Shown here: piece after piece, positions 43,455-55,638 of the stretch
Layout: every line of letters starts with the position of its first letter
Numbering within the stretch: the first letter of the stretch is position 1
Source: Macrostomum lignano
Taxonomy: Eukaryota
Direction: 5' to 3'
DNA: 64,000 nucleotides
Assembly: GCA_002269645.1 (NCBI GenBank)
Contig: NIVC01002667.1
Coordinates: 27,795 to 91,794, forward strand
Notes under the pieces: model-generated
Databases searched by the model: none
Told to the model about the DNA's origin: nothing
The model's input: the letters and a program-made list of their open reading frames with translations, nothing else
Made by a program: the position numbers and the translations under genes

Positions 43455-46400
43455 CTGCTTGGGAATCGTCTGAATGGTTTCTAATAGCAACATACGTGTA
43501 ATATGCAAGACTTCTCGACAATGCGAAAATTCGAGCATGTGAAACGCCCCTAACGGTTAAATGGCAAAACCAACTCCCGCTCTGGTCTATGGCAATTGAA
43601 GTGAAATTGTCGAGTTGTCTATGGCTTCTATCAAGGAGTTCTATAATTATTAGCATCTGGAGTGGAAACGAGTTTTCCACTTTTACCTCATGAGTCATGA
43701 GGCCTGGCTCCATGCGGTAAAAATTATCTAACAATTTGCGTGGCCTCGTGAGGTAAAAGTGCAAAACTTGTTTCCACCCCAGATTCTAATTATAGAACTC
43801 CTTGGCTTCTATGAATGAAGATCCACACAACTTTCAAGCAATGACCTGCCGGGAAATTTGAGCCATAGACATTTCGAACGAATGTCAAGATTATGAATTT
43901 TAATGTTGCCAAGAGTCCCATCGACCTTTGATTTCCAAATGACCTTGGAGCACAAAACTGAAGAGCAAATGTTTGGATTTAGACAAATGCGATACTGAAT
44001 GCTCTTAGGACTTGCAATCTTGCTATTAGTATTAGTCAAGGCATCAGTCTGCTTTCACAAGCTCGAAATCATCGCCCGAAAGTCGTTTTATTTTTTTCAA
44101 AGACATTGACGAAAAACAAGTGAAGTATGCTTCACTAGAGTTTAAACTTATGTGTACCTTTCCCAGTCACCGAGGGATCTTGATCCCACTCCTCTGTATT
44201 CATTATGGACTGAACTCCGAATCTCCTCTCCCGATGAAAACTAATGTCAGTCTAATGTCTAATGTCAGTCTGAGGCGTTAGATTGATTATCTGCGACTCT
44301 GGGGCGATGGAAGTAACTCTAAGGCCGTGGAGTCTTATCGAGTTGCTATTTCGCATTTCTAACAACTCTATTTAGCCTACTTGAGTTAGTAGCTCGTAGA
44401 AAGTTGAGCGCCAACACGTGAATCGCTCGTTAAGAAAAGTCACATTTAGAGTCGCCCAGAGTCACCAGTGAGTTCACTCTTTTAGCGATTCTTGCCTCGG
44501 TAGTTTACAAATAGATCAATTAAAAAACTGGAGTTAAACAAAACACGGTCAAGCGTCAAACCGACATTTCATATGGAGCATTTTTTAATTAATAAACTAT
44601 TTTTTGCGATGCTGTTGCAGCATCTATCAAACACACAAAACTTCTTTCAGCCGGCAGGGCAGACAAGATAATATATTTTTTCGAACTGTGGCTGGCTGGG
44701 TGGCTGGTCGAACAAGAAGCAACACAATTAAAACACAAAACGGGCACGACAGGCGGAGCGCTGATTAAACAAAGATTAGGTAGCGCTGGGTTCTACTAAT
44801 AGTAATATAGTAATAAGTATAGGGTTTTTAGGCTATAAACTCGGTTCGATCCTCAAAAAAACAATACGCGATTACGGTGAGACAGGCGGACAGGAAAATC
44901 GATAAAAATGGGTTGCAAATTATAATTAACTATTAGATATTATATTTCATTTATTATAGTTAATTTCCGGCCATATAGCTAACAAATATAATATTAATAA
45001 TAAATATTTCTAAGCGAATAGCATATAGCATCATCATTATTGACAGGCTGGGCTGGGCTGTGGGACTCCGGGATCTCAGTTAATATCGCTTAGTAGCATA
45101 TTGTGCACGTGTTCGTTTTAATTATTCATCATTACTAGTAATAATAATAATAATATTACTGGCAGTAGTAGAGAAAAAGAGTGAGAATTGAAGCTGCTAA
45201 ACAATAATCAGAGCTTGAAAACATACGGCTGTGTAACTATGGTAGGCAAAGCATAATTAGCTTAGCAATCAATAATATAAAAAAAACTAAAGCTGCAGAC
45301 AGTTAAATGTAAAAAGATTTCTATTGTCAGGCTGGGGGGCACTGAGGCGGGAGAGCGGCGGGGGCCAGTGGCTAACTACCAAACAAAAGCGCAATCGTTA
45401 GCAGAGACAAATTAAGACAGAAAAGAGCGCAGATGAAATCCTTTATCCATTGAATTTCGAGACGAGAAAAAACACATACTGTTAAAAAGCTAACAAAACT
45501 AATGTATAAATAGATTAGTAATACTTATTAATACACAACAGTCGCTAGACATCTGAAACCAGAAAAACCAGGTCGAGCGGAAAAGTTCAAACGAAAGTTG
45601 GTTAGGATTAAAAAAAACTAAAAAAACGGAGCTCCAATGACCGACAAGAAGCAGCCTTCTTATCTGAGCTGGTGCGGCACTTTAAATAATTAACTATAAT
45701 TATTCTAGCTAAGCCTTCGCTATGAAAAAATCATTAATAAATTTGACAGTTGGCTAGCAAAATTTCTACTAAACACCTTCATTATTAGCAAACGGAACAG
45801 GAAAAAAATAGAACGCGCAAAACAAGCGCCAGCCTACTAGCAGTAGTTTAGCAAACAATCCGACAGGTGTATAGAATAATGCAATTATAAAATATTTATT
45901 GGTGCCAAACGTGAATCTTGTAAAAGTTGGGCCGCAACTGTCTTATTATTATTTTTAATGAATAAAGCCGAGTAACAGCAAACCGCGGAACAGGCAAGCA
46001 AATTTTTTTGCTTTTTTTCTGCTAACGAATAACTCTCGATAGCTGCGGCTCGGTTTGTCGGTCGTGTTCAGCGAAGTTACACTCGAAAAAGTCGATATTA
46101 ATTAAGCTAGGATTGTCTCAGAGACTGTGTTACCTGCTCCACCAGACACAGGCGCCGACGCCTTGCAGCAGAAATCAAGTTTAAAAAAATTTTAACTTTC
46201 CATAATTTTGTCAGAAACGGACAAACAAAGTAGGCAAGGTTACAGACTCGCGATAATAATAATTAACAATATTTTTCATACTAGAAATAGAAATATGTAG
46301 TTAAGCTCGCGGCAGATTAACTTAAAGTAATTAACAAAACATATGTAAAGATAACGGATTAAACAGCAGACTACTGTAAGTAAGTAGCATACAAAGCGGT

Positions 46401-46705
46401 TTATCCTTTAAATTTGCGATTTTAAACCCAACAGAGGAGGAGAAAAAGAACAGAAGCTGATGAAGCGGGTGAGAGCGAATCATCAGTGTGTTATTATTAG
46501 TGCATTTATTGCAATGACGGCGGCTTGGTTCGCGAAAATGGCATATTATATAAAAATATAAGAGTTTTATTAATTAATTGTTAATAAATGTATTAGCATA
46601 GCATAGATATATATGCAGAGTACAGGCCTTGCGTGTCACTGCGTCCTTACGAATTCGTTTACTCACAGATGAATCAGAATTCATAATTTAATAAACTGCC
46701 AAACT

Positions 46706-49700
46706 TCACTTCTTCCTGCCCAGAGTGAAGAATCTCTTCTTGCCGGCCGATTCGCCCGCGCCAGGCGCCCCGGCGCCGCCAGGCGTGGCGCCAGACGGTC
46801 CGGCGCCGGCGCCCGCGGGCGGCAGAGTGGCAGCCCTGGCGGCGGTGGTCGGCGTGGCCCCGGCGGCGGCGTTGACCCGGGTGACCCAGTCGGTCATCTC
46901 GGCCTCGCTGCGGGCCTGGAACAGGTACTCGGCCCCGCTGGCCATCTTCAGGCGGAACACGTGCGGCCGCTTGTTGTAATCCGGCGCCGGCGCGCTGCTG
47001 GCGCCGTTCAAGTCTAGCGGCGCCTCGTGATGATAGGTGTCCTGCGGCCGCTCCTTGGCGTAGCGCTGGTCTTTGTAGAAGCGCAGGTGCCCGGCCTCCA
47101 GCACAACGTAGCTGCGGAGGGGGGGGGTGGGGAGACGTGAAATAAACGCGATTTCAGATTAGCGAATTAGCGAAAGCAGAAGACAAGCAACTCACATCTG
47201 CTGCCAGCTGCGGTGCTGGGCCTTCTTGCCAGCCTGGTCCCATTCGTGCTTGCGCGCCAGCGGACCCTCCAGCTTGGCGGCCGTGATTGGCGGCTGCTGC
47301 TGCTGCTGGGAAGTCGACGGCTTGGCGGTTGTTGAAGGCTGCTGCGGCTGCGAGGTCGGCGACACCTGGCTGGGGGCCTGCTGAGTCGGGCTGGCTGGCT
47401 TCTTCGGCGGCTTCGGGCTGGGCGGCGGCTGCGGCACCTGGGAGGCGACGGCCTCGGCCCGGCGACGGGACTTCTCCTCGGCCTTGGCCGCCCTGGCCTC
47501 CTCCGATTGGTCCTGCTCGCGCAGCTCGAAGGTAGTCTGGCGTTGCAGCGCTTGGAAGCGCTCCTCCTGCGACTGCGCCGCCTTCTCGAACGCCTCGTGC
47601 TGCCTGATGAGGGCCAGGGTCTCCTCCAGGCTGTCGCCAACGTGCCGGCTATTGAGGTGCGGCTCCTGGGCCAGCAGCCAGCCTTCCGCCACTGCAGCGT
47701 CCCGGGCGAATTGGTAAACCTGGGGGAGGCGGATGAAGTATCGATCGCTTGTAAATGCCTTGTTGTGGACCAATCAGGGACTCCCACTGAGCTGTCGGGG
47801 GACTGACCAATCAGACTCCTACTGTGCTGGGGGGCGCTGACCAATCAGATAACCCCTGTGCTGGGGGGCGCTGACCAATCAGAGAATCCCAATTGTGCTG
47901 AGGGAGCTGACCAATCAGAGATTCCCAATTGTGCTGGGGGAGCTGACCAATCAGAGAATCCCAATTGTGCTGAGGGAGCTGACCAATCAGAGAATCCCAA
48001 TTGTGCTGAGGGAGCTGACCAATCAGAGAATCCCAATTGTGCTGAGGGAGCTGACCAATCAGAGAATCCCACTTGTGCTGAAGGAGCTAACCAATCAGAG
48101 AATCCCAATTGTGCTGAGGGAGCTAACCAATCAGAGAATCCCAATTGTGCTGAGGGGAGCTGACTAATCAGAGAATCCCACTTGGGCTGGGGGAGCTGAC
48201 CAATCAGAGAACCCCCTGTGCTGGGGGAGCTGACCAGTCAGACTCCTACTGTGCTGGGGGAGCTGACCAATCAGACTCCTACTGTGCTGGGGGAGTTGAC
48301 CAATCAGACTCCTACTGTGCTGGGGGAGCTGACCAATCAGACTCCTACTGTGCTGGGGGAGTTGACCAATCAGACTCCTACTGTGCTGGGGGGAGCTGAC
48401 CAATCAGACTCCTACTGTGCTGGGGGAGCTGACCAATCAGAGAACCCCTGTGCTGGGGGGAGCTGACCAATCAGAGAACCCCTGTGCTGGGGGAGCTGAC
48501 CAATCAGAGAACCCCTGTGCTGGGGGGAGCTGACCAATCAGACTCCTACTGTGCTGGGGGAGTTGACCAATCAGACTCCTACTGTGCTGGGGGAGCTGAC
48601 CAATCAGAGAACCCCACTTGTGCCAGGGGAGCTGACCAATGAAACCCTCACCTCAAGCATCAGCTGGAACTGATCCCACTTCTCGTCCCAGGCGTCGTTC
48701 ATGTCGAAGCGCTTGCCAATCACTTCCCGCAGTTTCTCCTGCACCACGTCTAGCTTGGGATGGCGGCGCTGAATGAGGGACTTGCCGAGGTTGCCGGCAA
48801 TGGTGAAATTCTCATCCCTGGCGTCCATCTCGGCCTTGAGGTTCTTGTGCGAGTTCATCAACAGCTCGACGCCGGAGACGTCGCGCGGCTTCTCTTGACC
48901 AGCCATCTCGGCGTTGATGCCGTCCATCCACATGAGCAGGTCGCGGATCATGTTCAAGAACCTGTGGAACTCGCCATTGTCGGCCAGATCGGCTTTGCGC
49001 TTCTGGCAGTGCAGGGTGAGCCGGTTCCAGGCGTCGATGACTTCGTCGCGTTTGTCGCGAATCAGCTGCTCCTTGTCGCCGCTGTAGGCCGGCAACAGGT
49101 CGTCGGCGTCGCGTTCGACGCCGTGCACGGCGGCTTCGAGAGTTTTCAAATCGTGCTCGAAAGTGGCGTGCTTCCTGGTGTAGGCGTCGGCCGACTTGGC
49201 GTCCTTGCCAACGTCCTCCGGGATGGAGAGCTCCTTCTCTTCGATTCGGTCGAGGACGTCGTGACAGTCGCTGAGGAAACGATGGAAAGCGTGGGCGGCG
49301 GTGAGCAGCTGGGTGCGGGTGTCCATCAGCTCCAGCAGGTCGGCCCAGGCTTCGTTGACGCGGTCCTTCCATTCGGCGATCTCCGCCGAGCTGCGGTGGC
49401 CCTGGTCAATCAGGCTGTCAACGAACTGGTTGGCTGCGGCCACCTGAGGGATTGAGGGGGGGGGCAGGAGAGTCAGTCAGTCAGTCAGTCAGTCAGTCAG
49501 TCAATCAGTCAGTCAGTCAATCAGTCAGTCAGTCAATCAGTCAGTCAGTCAGTCAGTCAGTCAGTCAATCAGTCAGTCAGTCAGTCAGTCAGTCAGTCAG
49601 TCAATCAGTCAATCAGTCAATCAGTCAATCAGTCAATCAGTCAATCAGTCAATCAGTCAATCAGTCAATCAGTCAATCAGTCAATCAGTCAATCAGTCAA

Positions 49701-52700
49701 TCAGTCAATCAGTCAATCAGTCAATCAGTCAATCAGTCAATCAGTCAATCAGTCAATCAGTCAATCAGTCAATCAGTCAATCAGTCAATCAGTCAATCAG
49801 TCAATCAGTCAATCAGTCAATCAGTCAATCAGTCAATCAGTCAATCAGTCAATCAGTCAATCAGTCAATCAGTCAATCAGTCAATCAGTCAATCAGTCAA
49901 TCAGTCAATCAGTCAATCAGTCAATCAGTCAATCAGTCAATCAGTCAATCAGTCAATCAGTCAATCAGTCAATCAGTCAATCAGTCAATCAGTCAATCAG
50001 TCAATCAGTCAATCAGTCAATCAGTCAATCAGTCAATCAGTCAATCAGTCAATCAGTCAGTCAGTCAGTCAGTCAGTCAGTCAGTCAGTCAGTCAGTCAG
50101 TCAGTCAGTCAGTCAGTCAGTCAGTCAGTCAGTCAGTCAGTCAGTCAGTCAGTCAGTCAGTCAGTCAGTCAGTCAGTCAGTCAGTCAGTCAGTCAGTCAG
50201 TCAGTCAGTCAGTGTCAGTCAGTCAGTCAGTCAGTCAGTCAGTCAGTCAGTCAGTCAGTCAGTCAGTCAGTCAGTCAGTCAGTCAGTCAGTCAGTCAGTC
50301 AGTCAGTCAGTCAGTCAGTCAGTCAGTCAGTCAGTCAGTCAGTCAGTCAGTCAGTCAGTCAGTCAGTCAGTCAGTCAGTCAGTCAGTCAGTCAGTCAGTC
50401 AGTCAGTCAGTCAGTCAGTCAGTCAGTCAGTCAGTCAGTCAGTCAGTCAGTCAGTCAGTCAGTCAGTCAGTCAGTCAGTCAGTCAGTCAGTCAGTCAGTC
50501 AGTCAGTCAGTCAGTCAGTCAGTCAGTCAGTCAGTCAGTCAGTCAGTCAGTCAGTCAGTCAGTCAGTCAGTCAGTCAGTCAGTCAGTCAGTCAGTCAGTC
50601 AGTCAGTCAGTCAGTCAGTCAGTCAGTCAGTCAGTCAGTCAGTCAGTCAGTCAGTCAGTCAGTCAGTCTTTTTAGATTGTCTTAGTGTCTGTCTGTGTGA
50701 CTGCCTGCCTATCTTAGCGTTTGTCTGCTTGTCAGCCTCCCCAGCAGCTCACCCTCTCGGTGCCGATAGCCTCGGTCTCCTTGGCGAACTCCCTGAACCG
50801 CTCGCGCAGCAGCACGCAGTGGTCGAAGTCCTTGCCAAGATCGTTGCTCTGTGCCACAATAGTCCGCTCCTGAATCCAGGCCTCCAGGTCGAGAATCTCC
50901 CGCTGCAGTTGGTAGAGTTTCAGCTGCTCCTGCAGCCAGGCCCGCTTCTCGGCGCACAGCTCTTTGAGGGTGGCGTACAGGCGGTCCAGGCGGTTCTGAG
51001 CCTGGGCGATGCGCTCGGACTCGGGGTGCTCGGCGTCGATGAGGTCGCGGGCCCGGCCGCCCAGGTTGCGGATCTCGTCGGCGTAGGCCTCGACTGCGCG
51101 CTCCACCTGACGGAGATGGACAAAGTTAAGTAAATAGGCGCTTTGGATGTGACCAAAATATTAACGGACACTATAAATTTAACTTTATGAGGGACTTTAA
51201 AGAGTGAGATTAACATACTGTGAAATTTATAGAGTGAGATCCAAGAGATGAGATCAATAGAGTGAGATCCAAGAGATGAGATCCAAGAGATGAGATCCAT
51301 AGAGTGAGATCCATAGAGTGAGATCCAAGAGATGAGATCCATAGAGTGAGATCCAAGAGATGAGATCCATAGAGTGAGATCCAAGAGATGAGATCCATAG
51401 AGTGAGATCCAAGAGATGAGATCCATAGAGTGAGATCCAAGAGATGAGATCCATAGAGTGAGATCCATAGAGTGAGATCCAAGAGATGAGATCCATAGAG
51501 TGAGATCCAAGAGATGAGATCCATAGAGTGAGATCCATAGAGTGAGATCCAAGAGATGAGATCCATAGAGTGAGATCCAAGAGATGAGATCCAAGAGATG
51601 AGATTCATAGAGTGAGATCCAAGAGATGAGATCCATAGAGTGAGATCCAAGAGATGAGATCCATAGAGTGAGATCCAAGAGATGAGATTCATAGAGTGAG
51701 ATCCAAGTGATGAGATCCAAGAGATGAGATCCATAGAATGAGATCCAAGAGATGAAATTCATGCAGTGAGATTAGACACTGACACTAAATAGCAAGGAAT
51801 AGAACCCCACCTGCTCGTGCTTCTTCATAGCATTATTAGCAGCCTGCTCATCCCTGGCGCGGGTCTCCTCGGGCATGAGGTACAGCTCCTGCTCTCCCAT
51901 CCAGGTCTCGGCTTCGCGGGCGTCCTCCAGCCACTGCTGGTCGGACTCGCTGTCCTCCAGCCGGTGCTCCCGATCCTTCAGGGTGTCCTCCAGCTGGCGC
52001 CACAGATCCAGCAGGTCATCGATTCCGCGCTGGTACTGTTCAGCCTGCGGCACGCCCTGGGAGATGAGCTCCTTGGCCTGGGCCACGGTGTCCTCCATGC
52101 GCGGCCTGTGGTTGTCAACCTCGGCGGACAGCACCTGTTGCGGTTAGCAAAATTTTGTGGAGGTCTGGGTGTGAAATTAAAGCACGAGATCTACCTTGCC
52201 TATCCCTTTGCAAATCATTTAGATTAGAATCTACTCAATCTCTATTCGAATCTACTCAATCTCTATTCGAATCTACTCAATCTCTATTCGAATCTACTCA
52301 ATCTCCATTCGAATCTACTCAATCTCCATTCGAATCTACTCAATCTCTATTCGAATCTACTCAATCTCCATTCGAATCTACTCAATCTCCATTCGAATCT
52401 ACTCAATCTCTATTCGAATCTACTCAATCTCCACTCCCACAGCCCATCTCACCTTATGCCGCCGCTGCAGCTGCGTGGCGGACAGCAGCGAGTTGCCAAC
52501 ATCGCCAGACCTGGTCAGGGCCAGCTTCTCCTCGGCCCACATCTTCTCGTCTTCGATGTCGCGGAACAGCTGCTGGATTCGCTTCCGCCTGACCAGTTCG
52601 TCCTTCTTTTTGCTCATCGGATCGCGCAGCTTCACGAATGTCTGCTGCAGCGACAGGTGAGTCTTCTCGAATACCTCTTCCTTGTCGGGGTGCTGCTCCT

Positions 52701-55522
52701 TGAGCTTCTCCTTGTGCTCGGTCATGTCCTCGAGCTGGCGCTGGCGCTCCTCCATCTGGCGCTCCTGATCCTCGATGCCCTTCAGGCAGATGTCGACGTC
52801 GGTAAGGGTGACCACCTCCTCCTCGTCAACCACCATCTGGCTGATGAGCTTCTCCATCCAGACGTTGACGTCCTGGGCGGTGTTGTTGAAGATGGTCTCC
52901 CGGTTGGCTTCCAGCAGCTTTTCGCCCTTCTGCTTGACCTGCTCCTCGAGCTCGGCCCATTTGGCGGCCAGCTCGGACACTTCGGTCTGCACCGGCTCGG
53001 CGAACTCCGGCTGCTCAGCAACCAGCTGCTCGGCAGTCTTTCGAATAGTCTCCAGCCGTTCTTTGTTTGCTTCGATTTCCCGTTCGAATGTCTTGTGCCG
53101 ATTGTACCGGCTAGTGATGTTCTTCGAGTCCTTGAAGCTCTCGTCCTCGGCCACTAGACGGCGGTCCTCGATCCACTCGGCCAGGTCGTCCATGTCCTGG
53201 CGGAGATGCTGCAGGCGGAGCAGGGCCCGCAGCTGGGCCAGGCGCTCCTCGGCTCGTTCCAGATTCGACGAGCGTCGGCGACGAATAGAATCGACCTTCT
53301 GCTGAATCTTCTCCTTGGCGAAGTGCTCCTCCTCGGACAGCAGTCGCTGGCCATTGTCGTCCAGGGTAGCCAGCTTGTCGTCATTCGCCTTCATCGAGGT
53401 GATGAAGTTCTCGCACTGCTTGATGAGCAGCTCGGCGTGCTCCACCTGCGTTTGTGCGAGGCAATTAATTAATTAATTAATTAATTGGTTCTAGATAAAA
53501 TACAGATTTATGATCATAGCTGTCATAGACTCCAGATCAAATATAGATTTATGATCATAGCTGTCATAGACTCCAGATCAAATATAGATTTATGATCATA
53601 GCTGTCATAGACTCCAGATCAAATATAGATTTATGATCATAGCTGTCATAGACTCCAGATCAAATACAGATTTATGATCATAGCTGTCATAGACTCCAGA
53701 TCAAATACAGATTTATGATCATAGCTGTCATAGACTCCAGATCAAATACAGATTTATGATCATAGCTGTCATAGACTCCAGATCAAATACAGATTTATGA
53801 TCATAGCTGTCATAGACTCCAGATCAAATACAGATTTATGATCATAGCTGTCATAGACTCCAGATCAAATACAGATTTATGATCATAGCTGTCATAGACT
53901 CAGATCAAATACAAAATAATGGTCATAGACTATCATAAGTCAGGTCATAAATTCAGCTCATACACTGTAGACCATGACAAACAGGACTTTGGTCACAGCT
54001 CACAGACTAAAAGCGTCACACATTTCAAACGAAATCTCTTTGATAAAGAAAAACTTACAGAGGTTGGCGTGTCCTGCTTAGACAGGAAGTTCTCCTGAGA
54101 GCTGAGCAGAACGTCGCACTGCACAGCGTCGCGCATAAAGATCTGCAGACTGAGACTCTGCGATAGCTGAGTATGCTTCACATCCCACATGTGCTGCAGA
54201 GCGTTCCAATCCTCCTCGAGCGCGTTGAGTCGCTGGCTCAGGAACATGTACTGAGCGTCAGTCTGGCCTTCCGTCACCCGTCGGCCGTAGCTCATCAGGC
54301 TGGCGAACTCCTCTTCGTAGCCTTTGATCTCCTGTTTGAGGTTCTGGTGCTGGGTGAGCAGCTTCTCAGCCTCGGCCAAATCCTTGGGAATATCCTCGGT
54401 GGCCACAGTTGTCTGGGTGTTGCTCAGCCAGATCTGAAGCATAAGCGGTGAAAAAGCATCTCGTTAGCAAATCCATTCTGCATAATAAATTTATGCAGTC
54501 ATTTATTAGCAGAGAGGGCTGTCGGCCACCCTGGCGCAGCGCTGACGGCAGTTCTGCCAATTCTACATGCAAGCGCTCACTCAGGATGTACAGCGGCACT
54601 CTGACTTTCTAATCATCAAGCATGTACACTCCCTGTGCCTTGGGGGTTGGCCCTCATGGCTTAATTGTGAATTGCATGACAAACCCAAAATTGACCCGGG
54701 TAAAAATTTGAATGTCGATCGACACTAGTGTCAATGGTGTCTTGTCGATACTGGCGTGGCCACCGTTGACACTACTTTTTTGACACTCAAATTCCAAGAC
54801 ATCATACGACACTTCCCGTTGACACTGCCGGGAGTGCCCGTTGACACTGCCCGTTGACACTACCCGTTGACACTGCCCGTTGACACTGCCCGTTGACACT
54901 GCCCGTTGACACTGCCCGTTGACACTGCCCGTTGACACTACCCGTTGACACTGCCCGTTGACACTACCCGTCGACACTACCCGTTGACACTACCCGTTGA
55001 CACTACCCGTTGACACTGCCCGTTGACACTGCCCGTTGACACTGCCCGTTGACACTGCCCGTTGACACTGCCCGTTGACACTACCCTTGACACTGCCCGT
55101 CGACACCAGTGTCAATCGAGTGTCATTATTGGCCCAAAGATTTTTACCCGGGTGAGTGCGTTTGCACACGGAATGGAACCAGGTGTCGTTGCGCGAGAGT
55201 CAGACGCGTCTCAATTTGAGTACTAACCGCGACTAATTAATGCTTAACTTTGAATTCTGCAACTGGCTGGACTGACACAGAATATAAGCAGTTCATCAAA
55301 TATGCGGCTGGCCATCTGCAGCAATGCCCCAGTGTATACAGACTGCATTCGCGATTTTGAATTATTTAGCTATTAAAGCCTCCCATAGGAGAAACTGCCG
55401 CGCTCGGAGGAGTCATAAAAATGGTACTAAAAGCAAACAGAAAAAAGCCGGCCAAGGCTGTGAATAGAATTGAATTAAGTTGATGAAAAACTGACTGACT
55501 GACTGACTAGCTAGCTAGCTAG

Positions 55523-55572
<50 letters not shown>

Positions 55573-55573
55573 G

Positions 55574-55638
<65 letters not shown>

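Noticed and set aside
44500-46700. Long AT-rich non-repetitive tract
   Set aside because: Most simply the spectrin 3' UTR and spacer toward the convergent GPCR; several AATAAA candidates on the minus strand but none can be chosen from sequence alone.
49452-50685. 407-aa (SQSV)n ORF
   Set aside because: Tetranucleotide microsatellite within a spectrin intron, on the antisense strand.
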